Program-made: the position numbers and the translations under genes
Origin: a virus
Taxonomy: Duplodnaviria; Caudoviricetes
Direction: 5' to 3' (one strand)
Length of the DNA: 26,171 nucleotides
Virus record (IMG/VR): IMGVR_UViG_3300037349_000077
Location: 1 to 26,171 of that record
Shown here: positions 8,526-16,802 of the stretch, one piece after another
How positions within the stretch are numbered: position 1 is the first letter of the stretch
Layout of the letters: the number at the start of each line of letters is the position of its first letter
The notes under the pieces: generated by a model
The model's database searches: none
Told to the model about the DNA's origin: nothing
The model's input: the letters and a program-made list of their open reading frames with translations, nothing else

Positions 8526-9417
8526 GGCTGCCTCGGTTGTTTCTAAATGCCACAAAAGGAATCGCCAGTGCAACGATCGCGCCGATACCTAGTTCTGTCG
8601 CCGCCTGGATGGCGTCACTATGGACGAATTGCTCATAAGGGAACGCCGCGGTGCCCCAGCCTAGACCGTTGCCGAACGGCGTCCATGCCAGAATGGCGGC
8701 GCCCCATAAAGTAATGCGGTGCATCGCACTTTGCATTTTACTGACGTCGAAACCAAAACCGGCCAGCATGGCGCCGGCGATTAGTATTACGCCCATGATG
8801 ATCGCCAGATTGAGCCAGATCGAGCGTGGGCGCCGGGCATAAAACAGGCCGATGATAATGGCGATCGCACCAACACGGCTTTGTGTCAGAAAAACCGGCA
8901 AGCCAGCGCTGATTGCCACCAGCCAATTGTGCTTGAGCGCGCCCCAAACAAATACCAGTGCAGCGAATTCGCCGAGCAATTCGCTGTTAAAAAAAAGCCC
9001 CGCCGGCAAGGTTGAATCGTGAGGCAGCGCGAGCAAACCAAAATACTGGCCGATAACCATGATCGTCGATACGGCAAGCCCGGCGCTTATTCCGACCATG
9101 ATAGCATCGAGTGAATCCTGTTCGGCCCCCAACAAAAACGCGCCACACAGAAACACGATAAACAGTAGGTCTTGCACGCCGGCCAGTGGATAAGGCGAAC
9201 CCAATAGCGACACTGCTCCGAGGGCGACAAAAAACACCAAAACGAATTTCATCGTGTCGGTAAGATTGCGCGGATCCAGTTTTGACACCAGCGGCACGCC
9301 GAGCGCTATCACGGCCCAGCGCGGCATGAACGCGCCCGCAATCATGCCAGGCCAATAAGCGGCGGCCACTGCAAATCCCAGCGCCGCCGCCTTGTATTTG
9401 GCCAAGCCGTTCCACAT
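8209..9417 (-). CDS. O-antigen ligase / Wzy_C-family polytopic membrane protein (402 aa)
   Basis: Many hydrophobic segments and the ordered motifs GLFFNSE, LTQSRVG, RITLW, PFGNGLG, HSDAIQAATELG and FPLHFP, matching the G.F.N / SR / R..W / P..G.G.G / H(N)..L...E.G layout of WaaL/PglL-like proteins. Confidence 0.82.
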   Translation of the reverse strand: MWNGLAKYKAAALGFAVAAAYWPGMIAGAFMPRWAVIALGVPLVSKLDPRNLTDTMKFVLVFFVALGAVSLLGSPYPLAGVQDLLFIVFLCGAFLLGAEQDSLDAIMVGISAGLAVSTIMVIGQYFGLLALPHDSTLPAGLFFNSELLGEFAALVFVWGALKHNWLVAISAGLPVFLTQSRVGAIAIIIGLFYARRPRSIWLNLAIIMGVILIAGAMLAGFGFDVSKMQSAMHRITLWGAAILAWTPFGNGLGWGTAAFPYEQFVHSDAIQAATELGIGAIVALAIPFVAFRNNRGSHAERALFVACCVEIAISFPLHFPATGFVAAVVAGYLVSARPVVWLGRDVSGIENGFRYQRWNAASAEITGGSGRRRGALSVRPVPTLVAPLHPRAIGAYSKTTGT

Positions 9418-9420
9418 TGG

Positions 9421-9909
9421 CTAGTCGCGATCCCAAGTGGTGTTGCTTAGGCTGTAGATATAGCAATAGCTGGTCGCCGCCGTCATGGCGGTTACCGCGT
9501 TATCGAGGGTTTGCGAAGTCGTACCGGCGTACAAAGTAAGTGCCGTCACTCCGCCGATTGAAAAGAAGCAGTTGCGGGCACCGTCGAAGGGTGCGGCCGC
9601 AAGGTAGATGTAGCCCGAACTGACAGCGCTGGCGTTGCCAAGCTGGGCATAGGTTACATTGGTGCCGTATTGGTAATTAAAGCCATTGGCGATCGTGGTC
9701 GGCGACTTGTAGTAGCCGTAGACATTGGTAACACCTGCCCACGGCGTATAGACGTTGCCAACGACCGGCTGGCCGTTGGGGACGATCTGCAACAAATCGG
9801 CAAACGGGTGCGAAACCGTCACGAGCGGCGGGTTGAAACTTTGCGACACCACGGCGCCACTGAGCAACAGGAACGCAAGACCGGCAGCAACAGCGATTTT
9901 CTTCAACAT
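9421..9909 (-). CDS. Exported hypothetical protein (162 aa) with Sec-type signal peptide
   Basis: MLKKIAVAAGLAFLLLSGAVVS-Q. GGAG RBS. Beta-rich C-terminal domain ending YCYIYSLSNTTWDR, reminiscent of fibre-tip domains. Confidence 0.8.
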   Translation of the reverse strand: MLKKIAVAAGLAFLLLSGAVVSQSFNPPLVTVSHPFADLLQIVPNGQPVVGNVYTPWAGVTNVYGYYKSPTTIANGFNYQYGTNVTYAQLGNASAVSSGYIYLAAAPFDGARNCFFSIGGVTALTLYAGTTSQTLDNAVTAMTAATSYCYIYSLSNTTWDRD

Positions 9910-9932
9910 GGGAGTCTCCGTTCCTTTTTGGA

Positions 9933-10301
9933 TTAACCGAGAATAATGTAGTTATAGACCGACGTGTCGCCGCTGCCGCACGTCACCACAAAGCTGGTGC
10001 CGACCGTCACGGTCGTTACGTTGAACGCGGCCGGCGAGCCTGCGGTTTTGGTTCCGAACAGGAATACCGAATTGGCTGTCACATTCGCGTTGGTGACCGT
10101 AATGGCCCCGCTCGATGTGCAAGTGAATGTGCCACCATTGGCCGGCACCGCGGATACCTGCGTGCCGCCGTTGTAGGCGAACGAGCCGCCGACCGTTATT
10201 GGCGACACGAATTGCAACCCGGTCGGCGGAATGCCTGCCGTGGCGGCAATCGCGACACCAGCGATCAACACAAAGGCTAGACCAAGCAGATATTTTTTCA
10301 T
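9933..10301 (-). CDS. Exported Thr/Gly-rich hypothetical protein (122 aa) with Sec-type signal peptide
   Basis: MKKYLLGLAFVLIAGVAIA-A. AAAGGA RBS. C-terminal VTANSVFL...VGTSFVVT.GSGDTSVYNYII resembles small fibre-tip domains. Confidence 0.8.
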   Translation of the reverse strand: MKKYLLGLAFVLIAGVAIAATAGIPPTGLQFVSPITVGGSFAYNGGTQVSAVPANGGTFTCTSSGAITVTNANVTANSVFLFGTKTAGSPAAFNVTTVTVGTSFVVTCGSGDTSVYNYIILG

Positions 10302-10316
10302 CGTCGTTTCCTTTTT

Positions 10317-11237
10317 CTAGGTGCCGGCGTTCAACGGGCCGATGGCCAATGATTCTGCCGCGCCGCCTGTCTGTGACATTCTGTAATTGATGGTGCCGGC
10401 GCTGTAGAGAATACAATTGAGCCGGTACAGCACGTCGCGCTCGGGCTCGCCGAAAGTGAGGTTGACGGCCGCCAAACTCGTATATTGTGCAAGCTGGCCG
10501 CCGTTGCCGATATTGCAAATCGACCAAGTGGCGCCGCCATCGAAGCAACGCTCTATTTGAATCGTCCCGGTCCATTGGGCTGCCGTGCCTGTAAACACTG
10601 CGGCGGTATCGGCGCCACTTACCGTCACGGCATTTGCGGTCAAAGCAAATTGGAACGGCCACGATTGGTTGATAGGGCCTACCACGGTAGGTGCGGCTGA
10701 TAATTGGATAATACCTTGAACGCCGGGGCTATTGCCGCCAGCGACGGGCACAATGGCGGCCTGCAAGATGGCCGTTACTGTCGTTCCAGCCGGCAGTGTA
10801 ATGCCTTCGGCGGTTGATGGCACTGTGACGGTCGCGCCTAGAAGCCTATCCGTCGGCTCGCCAAGATTGAGCGTGATCGTGGCCGGCGTGAGGTTAGCAC
10901 CGCTGATGACGCCAACATGGGTATGCGGCGCTAGGATGGCCGTAATATTGGTGCCGCTGATCGTACCGATTGTCGAGCCGCTTGGCAGGTTGACGCTGTT
11001 AATGGCCGAGCCAACGGCCAACCCTGTACCGCTGCCAACGGTTGCCGCCAAACTGCCGGCGGTTGTCGTCAACGTCGTATTAACCGACGCCCATATGGCC
11101 AGATTCATCGGCCCGCGAAACGCAAACGGCTGCGTTGGGCCTAGTGCGGTGATAATCCCGGCCAGAACGGCATTGGCCTGGTCGTTCAGGTTTGGCATTC
11201 CTGATGCCGCTAACCCTCTTTTGGCCGGGATTCCCAT
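10317..11237 (-). CDS. Putative virion decoration protein (306 aa)
   Basis: Thr/Gly/Ala-rich. C-terminal WTGTIQIERCFDGGATW...EPERDVLYRLNCILYSAGTINYRMSQ module of a kind seen in phage structural clusters. Confidence 0.72.
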   Translation of the reverse strand: MGIPAKRGLAASGMPNLNDQANAVLAGIITALGPTQPFAFRGPMNLAIWASVNTTLTTTAGSLAATVGSGTGLAVGSAINSVNLPSGSTIGTISGTNITAILAPHTHVGVISGANLTPATITLNLGEPTDRLLGATVTVPSTAEGITLPAGTTVTAILQAAIVPVAGGNSPGVQGIIQLSAAPTVVGPINQSWPFQFALTANAVTVSGADTAAVFTGTAAQWTGTIQIERCFDGGATWSICNIGNGGQLAQYTSLAAVNLTFGEPERDVLYRLNCILYSAGTINYRMSQTGGAAESLAIGPLNAGT

Positions 11238-11240
11238 GGT

Positions 11241-12050
11241 TTATTGGTTCTTGCGTTCCGCGAAGTTCTGCTTGGCCGGTGCGGCGATGGTGCCGAGCAC
11301 ATTGATGAACGGCGCCGACGGGTCATTGTTGTCGTGCTTGAGGTCCATTTCCTCAGCGAACGCCGGAAGTTCCTGCGTCAAGCCTTCCCGGCGCTTTGGC
11401 GGATCACCCTTCACGACGAGGCCTTGTGCCGTGATATAGACCGGGCGGTTATCGCTGGTCGCCAGTTTTTCGGTCGAGCCGATTGATAAGCGGAATTCCG
11501 CGTAAATCTTCTTGGCGATGTCGTTGATCGGCCGTAGCGCCTCATTAGGAATGCCGGTCCACACGATTTCGTTGGATGCGATGGTCTTGTCGGGCAGGTG
11601 CTTGAACGGCTCGATAAAGCGCTCATTGAAGTAGATCTTGGCCACCACCCGATATTCGGGCAGCCATTTGGCTTCGGCTTTGCCGTCTTTCTGGCGGCGG
11701 GCCTCAAGGACGTGCTCGCGCGCGTCGTCGATCAATCTGATGCAACGCTCTTTCGCCGCGGCGCGCTGCGCCAGAACTTCGGGAGCTACGCGCTTGCGGT
11801 TGCTGCCCTGGTCCGAGATTTCCGCGATGGCCAAAGCCATCTTGGAAAACAGCGCGGTTGCTTCTTCGTTGGAGCCGGCACCGATCGGGGCGCCCTGCTT
11901 GGCGATCTGCGCGACAATATCCGGCACGGCCTTGGCCAAGGCGGCATCGAGCGCCGCCTTGAACTCCGGGGTTTCGGTAATGTTGCGCGCGTCTTTGGCT
12001 GCTTCCGCCATGAACAAATCCTCTCTCGATTTACGACCCGGCTTTGACAT
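11241..12050 (-). CDS. Hypothetical phage protein (269 aa)
   Basis: Long ORF with normal protein composition, co-oriented, ending 3 nt before the next gene. Confidence 0.8.
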   Translation of the reverse strand: MSKPGRKSREDLFMAEAAKDARNITETPEFKAALDAALAKAVPDIVAQIAKQGAPIGAGSNEEATALFSKMALAIAEISDQGSNRKRVAPEVLAQRAAAKERCIRLIDDAREHVLEARRQKDGKAEAKWLPEYRVVAKIYFNERFIEPFKHLPDKTIASNEIVWTGIPNEALRPINDIAKKIYAEFRLSIGSTEKLATSDNRPVYITAQGLVVKGDPPKRREGLTQELPAFAEEMDLKHDNNDPSAPFINVLGTIAAPAKQNFAERKNQ

Positions 12051-12105
12051 CCTGGGCCTGCTATGCTACAGTGAAATTCTTTTCGTGGTCAGTGGGAGCG
12101 TACCG

Positions 12106-12894
12106 ATGGATAAAGTCAGTTACAGCGAAGCTAAGGCGAGTGGTCTTGCATCGTATTTCACGGGCGTACCGTGCAAGCATGGGCACGTTGCTATGCGCCG
12201 CACGGTCAACCGGGCTTGCCGGGAGTGCGATGCGATTAAAGCCAAACTCCGATACGATACCAAACTGGCTCACGATGAAACCTATCTTTCCCGAGCGCGC
12301 GAGCGCGCCGCTAAGTGGGCTGCCGATAATCCTGAGAAATACCGCGCCAATCAAAAACAATGGCGTCAGGGCCACGCGAAGGAATATCGCGCGTACAACA
12401 TACAATGGCGCAAGGATAACCGTGAACAGATTAAGCAGAGAAAAGCAGAGAAAAGAAAGGCTTTTCCACACATTGAGAAACAGAGTCATAAACGGAAGTA
12501 TAGCAATCCAGTTTATGCTTCTGCGGCCAAGGCTAGAGCGAAGGTTTGGCGCAAGAAAAATAAAACTAGATACATCCAACTTAATCTTAAGTGGAGACGT
12601 GAAAATCCAGAGCGGGCTAAATCTATCGCGCGTGCTGGCTCGATCAATCGTCGTGCGATCGAGCGCAACGTCGGCAAAATTTCCGCTAGTGACGTGAGGT
12701 TCATCCGCGCCAAGAGACAATGCGCCGCCTGCGGACAAATTAATGCCCGCATGGAAATCGACCACATCGTTGCTCTTAGTCGCGGCGGAACGAATCACAG
12801 ATCAAATCTCCAACTTCTTTGTCGCCCGTGTAACAGATCAAAATGGGCCAACGATGCTGAAACGTGGGCTAGGGAGAAAGGCTATATTTCCTAG
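12106..12894 (+). CDS. Free-standing HNH homing-type endonuclease (262 aa)
   Basis: ATG 12106 with GGGAG RBS. N-terminal YFTGVPCKHGH...CREC zinc module, basic W-repeat helix, and C-terminal CAAC...EIDHIVALSRGGTNHRSNLQLLCRPCNRSK. Confidence 0.92.
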   Translation: MDKVSYSEAKASGLASYFTGVPCKHGHVAMRRTVNRACRECDAIKAKLRYDTKLAHDETYLSRARERAAKWAADNPEKYRANQKQWRQGHAKEYRAYNIQWRKDNREQIKQRKAEKRKAFPHIEKQSHKRKYSNPVYASAAKARAKVWRKKNKTRYIQLNLKWRRENPERAKSIARAGSINRRAIERNVGKISASDVRFIRAKRQCAACGQINARMEIDHIVALSRGGTNHRSNLQLLCRPCNRSKWANDAETWAREKGYIS

Positions 12895-13412
12895 CTCACC
12901 ACGAAGTTCTTAGCTGCATAGCGATTCGCCTGATCGTCGCGAACCATGGTGACGATTGCCGCATTGATGGTGCCGGCGGTGAACGTGCCGACCGGGGTAA
13001 ATAACAGCGACAGATAGCGGGCGTTCAAGCCGGGCGGGAATGCTGGCGGCCAATCGAAGCGGGCACAGACTTGGGCTGCGGTAAGGTTGGCCGTAAGGAT
13101 CGCGCCGGTTTCCACCAGCGTATTCCATGTGCCAGCAACATGGGTGCCGGCGGTATCGACCGCGGCTTGGAACGCGATGTTAAGGCTCGTGCCGCCGGCA
13201 AAGGCAGCCGCGCCCAACAGCACTTCCAGCATTGGCCTTTTGCCGCCGATGCCCAAGTCGGACCCGAACAGCGTCGGCGTGCCGATGATGCTTGATGGCG
13301 GCGTGCCAACTCCGGTGCCGAGAATGTCGTAAACATTGGACCGGACCGCGGCGCCAAGGATAGGCGTGTTGGTGCCGACCGGGACGAAGGCAAGCAGTGC
13401 GTCGGTAATCAT
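12891..13412 (-). CDS. Capsid cement/decoration protein (Bbp16-like, 173 aa)
   Basis: Immediately after the capsid gene. Motifs MITDALLAF, SNVYD, DLGIG, GGTSLNIAFQ, RYLSL and FTAGTINAAIV. GGAG RBS. Confidence 0.82.
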   Translation of the reverse strand: MITDALLAFVPVGTNTPILGAAVRSNVYDILGTGVGTPPSSIIGTPTLFGSDLGIGGKRPMLEVLLGAAAFAGGTSLNIAFQAAVDTAGTHVAGTWNTLVETGAILTANLTAAQVCARFDWPPAFPPGLNARYLSLLFTPVGTFTAGTINAAIVTMVRDDQANRYAAKNFVVS

Positions 13413-13457
13413 GTCGTTTGCTCCGTTGTTTCGCGCAAAGTTTGACGCGATCGGCTA

Positions 13458-14501
13458 TTAGCTGATGGTGGATTCCGTGTTGGTGATCTGGTCGATGATC
13501 TTGATCGGGATTTCGCGGAACCCCATGATCGGCATGCCGGCGTAATCTTGGATGCGCAGCAACACGTTACGATCGCGCATGGCCTGCACGTCCATCCAGT
13601 GCCGCATGGTGCGGTTGCAGTAATAGACCGGATGCACCCCAAAATCGTCGTCCGGCGCGTCGGTCTTGGTAATGCCCGACGTGGAACGGGTCAGTTTGGG
13701 GAACAGCAACAGGGTTTCCGCCATGGTGGCGAAAATGTCGAGTGCATTAGGACCGGCAAGGCCGTTGTTGGTGGTGTCGATGTTGGCGACACGCACGCCG
13801 TAGCGCCAGTCTTTCGGCACCAGCGCGACTTGCTGGCGGAACCACGAGGTATAAGCCTCGAAACGATTGCCGAGCGAATCAAAGCCAGGGGTTACATCGC
13901 CCTTGTCCTCCATATCCAGCCCGGCTTTCGAGCCGCGCGGGAATGTCAAGAAAAACGACTGCGGCGACCAGCCGATCAGCCACAGCGAAGTGTTGCTCGA
14001 TCCGGTGCCTTGGCCATTCAGGACGTTGGCAGCGTTCTGCGCGTTGGCGGTCGAGAGCGTATTGTAGAACGGCGCCAGTCCCATGAATTCGTTGGGGGTG
14101 ACCGTCGTATTGCCGTAGATGAAAGTCTGCGCGATCGTCTGCGACATGCCTTCAAGGAAGGCGACATCTTCCGAGCGGCGGAAACGCTGCAAGTCGCCGG
14201 AATGTTCGCCGAGCGCGCGATCGACTTGGCTGTAATCTTCCAGCATGCCAAGGCCGACTCTTGCTTTGGCCGTGGTCGATTTGGCATAGGGCACGCCCAT
14301 ATTGTAGGAGCGCCAGGAGCCAGCCGGGATCGAGGTGCGGAACACGAATTCGTGGCCGGTGTGCTCGTTGGCTTCAACCCACGGCGCGTCGTCCGTGTAG
14401 TCGTTTTGCTGCGACAGCATTTCGGAGATCTCGGGGATTTTGCCCTCGGGATCCATGCGGGACGCAACATCAACGAGGGTCGGCCATGCGCCAGTCGCCA
14501 T
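13458..14501 (-). CDS. Major capsid protein (BPP-1 Bbp17-like, 347 aa)
   Basis: Motifs PTLVDVASRMDP, EMLSQQN, WRSYNMGV, MLEDYSQVD, FRRSEDVAFLEGMSQ, PRGSKAGL, DWRYGVRVANID and FREIPIKIIDQITNTE. GGAG RBS. Confidence 0.93.
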   Translation of the reverse strand: MATGAWPTLVDVASRMDPEGKIPEISEMLSQQNDYTDDAPWVEANEHTGHEFVFRTSIPAGSWRSYNMGVPYAKSTTAKARVGLGMLEDYSQVDRALGEHSGDLQRFRRSEDVAFLEGMSQTIAQTFIYGNTTVTPNEFMGLAPFYNTLSTANAQNAANVLNGQGTGSSNTSLWLIGWSPQSFFLTFPRGSKAGLDMEDKGDVTPGFDSLGNRFEAYTSWFRQQVALVPKDWRYGVRVANIDTTNNGLAGPNALDIFATMAETLLLFPKLTRSTSGITKTDAPDDDFGVHPVYYCNRTMRHWMDVQAMRDRNVLLRIQDYAGMPIMGFREIPIKIIDQITNTESTIS

Positions 14502-14515
14502 AATCTATCTCCGTG

Positions 14516-15526
14516 TTATGCCCGCGCAACTTTTTGCGAGGATGGGTGATCGTACATTCGGCTGCCAGGGGCTTTACCGTTGCCCTTTGGCGGTTTGAGA
14601 TCCGAAAGAGGTTGATTGCCTGCTTGTGGTTCGTCGATGTAGCGCGCTGCGTTGTGCAGCATGCGCATAAATGCTGGGTGTGAGCCGGCGCCGGTCGTGC
14701 GCAAGAATTCGTCGAATTCCTTGCGCTCGGCGGTGTAGCGCGGTGTGCCGGGTTTTGCCGATGAAATCGTGAGGTCGCGCGCGCGTGCGACCGCGCCCAT
14801 GGCTGTTTCGTGGCCGGCTCCGCCCAATTCGGGATCGGCCAAAACCTGCTTTTCCCAATTCCGGCAAGTCTCGTTGAACACCGAGAATTGGTTTTTGAGT
14901 GATTCAGCCGCCAAATTGGTGGCGTATTCCGTCATCGTCTTGGCGTGCAGATCGATCAGCGCTTGCGCGCCCTTGACCGGATCGGCACGGAAATTATCGA
15001 ACGCGGTATGGACTTCCGCCTTTAAGGCGTCGTCCATCTTGAGCGTGTCGGGTAATTTATATTCGTAGGCGACCGGCTCGGGCTTGGCGGCTTCGGCTGG
15101 CTTGACGTCGACCTTAGTTTCAGCCGGTTTTGCAGCCTCTTTCGCCTTTTCGCCCGGTTTTTGGGCTTTCTCGTCGACCGGCTTTGCTTCGGTTTTGGCT
15201 TCGGCCTTTTTGTCGTCTTTTTTTGGCGCGGCTTCCGCGGCCTTTTTGGCGTCCTCGGCGGCTTTGGCCGCTGTGTCGTCGTCAAACTTTTCCAGCAACG
15301 TCTTGTCGAGCTTGGGCGCGTCGGCGGCTGGTTCTACGGCCTTTACAGGCTCGGGCGCGGGTTTGGCGTCCGCACCGACAAGAGCTAATTCCGGCTGCGC
15401 CAGTGCCCCGGCGGCGGCTGGGCCACCCTCCGTGGCCGTCACCGTCGCCGGACTGGGCTGGGCGGTTGGGTTATGGGCCGCCGCGCCAGCGTTTGTTGCG
15501 TCGTCGGGTTTTACAGCGTCAACCAT
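14516..15526 (-). CDS. Capsid scaffolding protein (336 aa)
   Basis: Directly upstream of the capsid gene. Ala/Lys/Pro-rich N-half, then YEYKLPD, AQALIDL, WEKQVLADPELGG and GAGSHPAFMRML. Ends in SRMYDHPSSQKVARA. Confidence 0.85.
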   Translation of the reverse strand: MVDAVKPDDATNAGAAAHNPTAQPSPATVTATEGGPAAAGALAQPELALVGADAKPAPEPVKAVEPAADAPKLDKTLLEKFDDDTAAKAAEDAKKAAEAAPKKDDKKAEAKTEAKPVDEKAQKPGEKAKEAAKPAETKVDVKPAEAAKPEPVAYEYKLPDTLKMDDALKAEVHTAFDNFRADPVKGAQALIDLHAKTMTEYATNLAAESLKNQFSVFNETCRNWEKQVLADPELGGAGHETAMGAVARARDLTISSAKPGTPRYTAERKEFDEFLRTTGAGSHPAFMRMLHNAARYIDEPQAGNQPLSDLKPPKGNGKAPGSRMYDHPSSQKVARA

Positions 15527-15939
15527 TACTCACCTGTTTTACGGCGGATTGGTTCGGCAAATCGGTGATCGTTCTCTTGGTGCATGAGCGCGACCGATTG
15601 TGGATTGCGCTTGAGGCAGGCGTGATAAAGCCGCAAGCCAAAATCCTGCTCGCCCTTGGCGTGCCACGCCGCGTTTGGATCTGGAACGCCGGAAGGCCCG
15701 ACAGGGAAACGTGTTTCAAACGCATGGGCACCGTCGGCACCGGCAATGAGCCGCCACATTTCGCGGCGGCCGACTTCCGATTCGTAGACGGCTTTCCAGA
15801 ATTGATCGGCTTCCTGTTGCTCACGCCGGATGCGGGATTCTTTGCGCTCGTGTTTGCGCGAGTTGACGGCCTCTGGCGCTGGCGCTGCGCTGTCCTGCGG
15901 TTCGTCGCCATCGTGGGTTTCCGGCTGGTCATCATTCAT
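15526..15939 (-). CDS. Bbp19-like phage protein (137 aa)
   Basis: Position before the scaffold. Motif VYESEVGRREMWRLI...F....AWHAKGEQDFGLRL. Coupled at both ends. Confidence 0.72.
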   Translation of the reverse strand: MNDDQPETHDGDEPQDSAAPAPEAVNSRKHERKESRIRREQQEADQFWKAVYESEVGRREMWRLIAGADGAHAFETRFPVGPSGVPDPNAAWHAKGEQDFGLRLYHACLKRNPQSVALMHQENDHRFAEPIRRKTGE

Positions 15940-16448
15940 TGCATCAATGAGCCAGGGGGAACGATGAGACTACGGCCGGGGACTTGTGGCACAATCGATG
16001 GTGTCCAGCCCACGGGCACCGTGTCGCGGTGCGAAGCTTTCTGCATTTCGGGCAGGATCGCGCCGCGCTTGCCGGTTTTGGCATCGCGGGTGCGGACTGC
16101 GGCCTTGTGCAAATTGCGCAGGTTTTCGGCCAGTTTAACGAATAGCGGATGCAGTTGGCCGCCAGCGACTTTCACCCTGGTGCCATCCGGCATTTTTATG
16201 CCGCGTAGCCAATCGCCTGCGCGGGTGTGAACTTCCGCGATCATCAAGCCGATCGGTAGCCAACGGGTATCTTCTCGCCATGCCGAGGCTTGGCGGCAAG
16301 CACCTTCGATCAATTGTAGTTCGCGTCGGAAGCGGTCGTAGCATTCGCCCTTGAAGGGCAGCACGGCCAGCGCATCGGCATCTTCGGCAGCGAGCCGAAA
16401 ATTGGTCACCAGACAGTCAAAAATCTCGATTTCGGTGAGCGCACCCAT
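15936..16448 (-). CDS. Hypothetical phage protein (170 aa)
   Basis: Protein-like composition. ATGA overlap with the downstream gene. Confidence 0.75.
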   Translation of the reverse strand: MGALTEIEIFDCLVTNFRLAAEDADALAVLPFKGECYDRFRRELQLIEGACRQASAWREDTRWLPIGLMIAEVHTRAGDWLRGIKMPDGTRVKVAGGQLHPLFVKLAENLRNLHKAAVRTRDAKTGKRGAILPEMQKASHRDTVPVGWTPSIVPQVPGRSLIVPPGSLMQ

Positions 16449-16466
16449 GGCCGATTAGGTGCCGTG

Positions 16467-16472
16467 ATTTTA
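16467..16472 (-). promoter_or_regulatory. Candidate -10 element (TAAAAT) of an internal promoter for the head genes
   Basis: Lies 18 nt upstream of ATG 16448 in an AT-richer intergenic gap, downstream of the phased repeats. No canonical -35 at standard spacing. Confidence 0.3.
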
Positions 16473-16501
16473 GGTTTTGGGGCAAGGTGTTAAACGCAAG
16501 G

Positions 16502-16538
16502 CGGTAATAAACGGTATTATTCGGTAATGGACGGTAAT
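16502..16538. repeat. Four direct repeats CGGTA(A/T)T with exact 10-bp period
   Basis: cggtaat at 16502, cggtatt at 16512, cggtaat at 16522 and cggtaat at 16532. Confidence 0.9.
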
Positions 16539-16544
16539 GTTTTA

Positions 16545-16802
16545 TCAAACGACGTGTTTGCTGCGAAGCTGTGCCCATGCGTCGAGGTCGGCTTTTTTAT
16601 AGCGCACAGCTTTCCATCCACTGCGCGTGAATGGCGGGCCGCCTTTCGCGTTGTTGTTGGCAGCCAGGTTGGCCAGCGTTTGCGTCTCGATGCGATAGCC
16701 TTGCCCGGTCAAATAAACCGCTGCCTCCTTGCGCGACAGCCATTCCTTTTCGGGTTTGGCTGCGCGCGTAGAAGGTTGCGAGATCATAAAGAGTTCGCTC
16801 AT
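16545..16802 (-). CDS. Excisionase/AlpA-like winged-helix DNA-binding protein (85 aa)
   Basis: WLSRKEAAVYL...TLANLA....GGPPFTRSGWKAVRYKKADLDAW is the HTH_17/AlpA pattern. ATGA coupling. Confidence 0.88.
   Translation of the reverse strand: MSELFMISQPSTRAAKPEKEWLSRKEAAVYLTGQGYRIETQTLANLAANNNAKGGPPFTRSGWKAVRYKKADLDAWAQLRSKHVV

Noticed and set aside
11638-12105. N-terminal extension of the HNH ORF (418-aa version)
   Set aside because: Antisense to the 269-aa gene. A good RBS and the family N-terminus start at 12106.
12106-12894. Group I intron around the HNH gene
   Set aside because: Flanking genes are intact separate ORFs and there is no space for intron core structure.
13548-14549. 333-aa + strand ORF
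   Set aside because: Antisense shadow of the major capsid gene, as is typical of GC-rich coding DNA. No motifs.
15130-16230. 366-aa + strand ORF
   Set aside because: Arg/Pro-rich shadow spanning three well-supported - strand genes.
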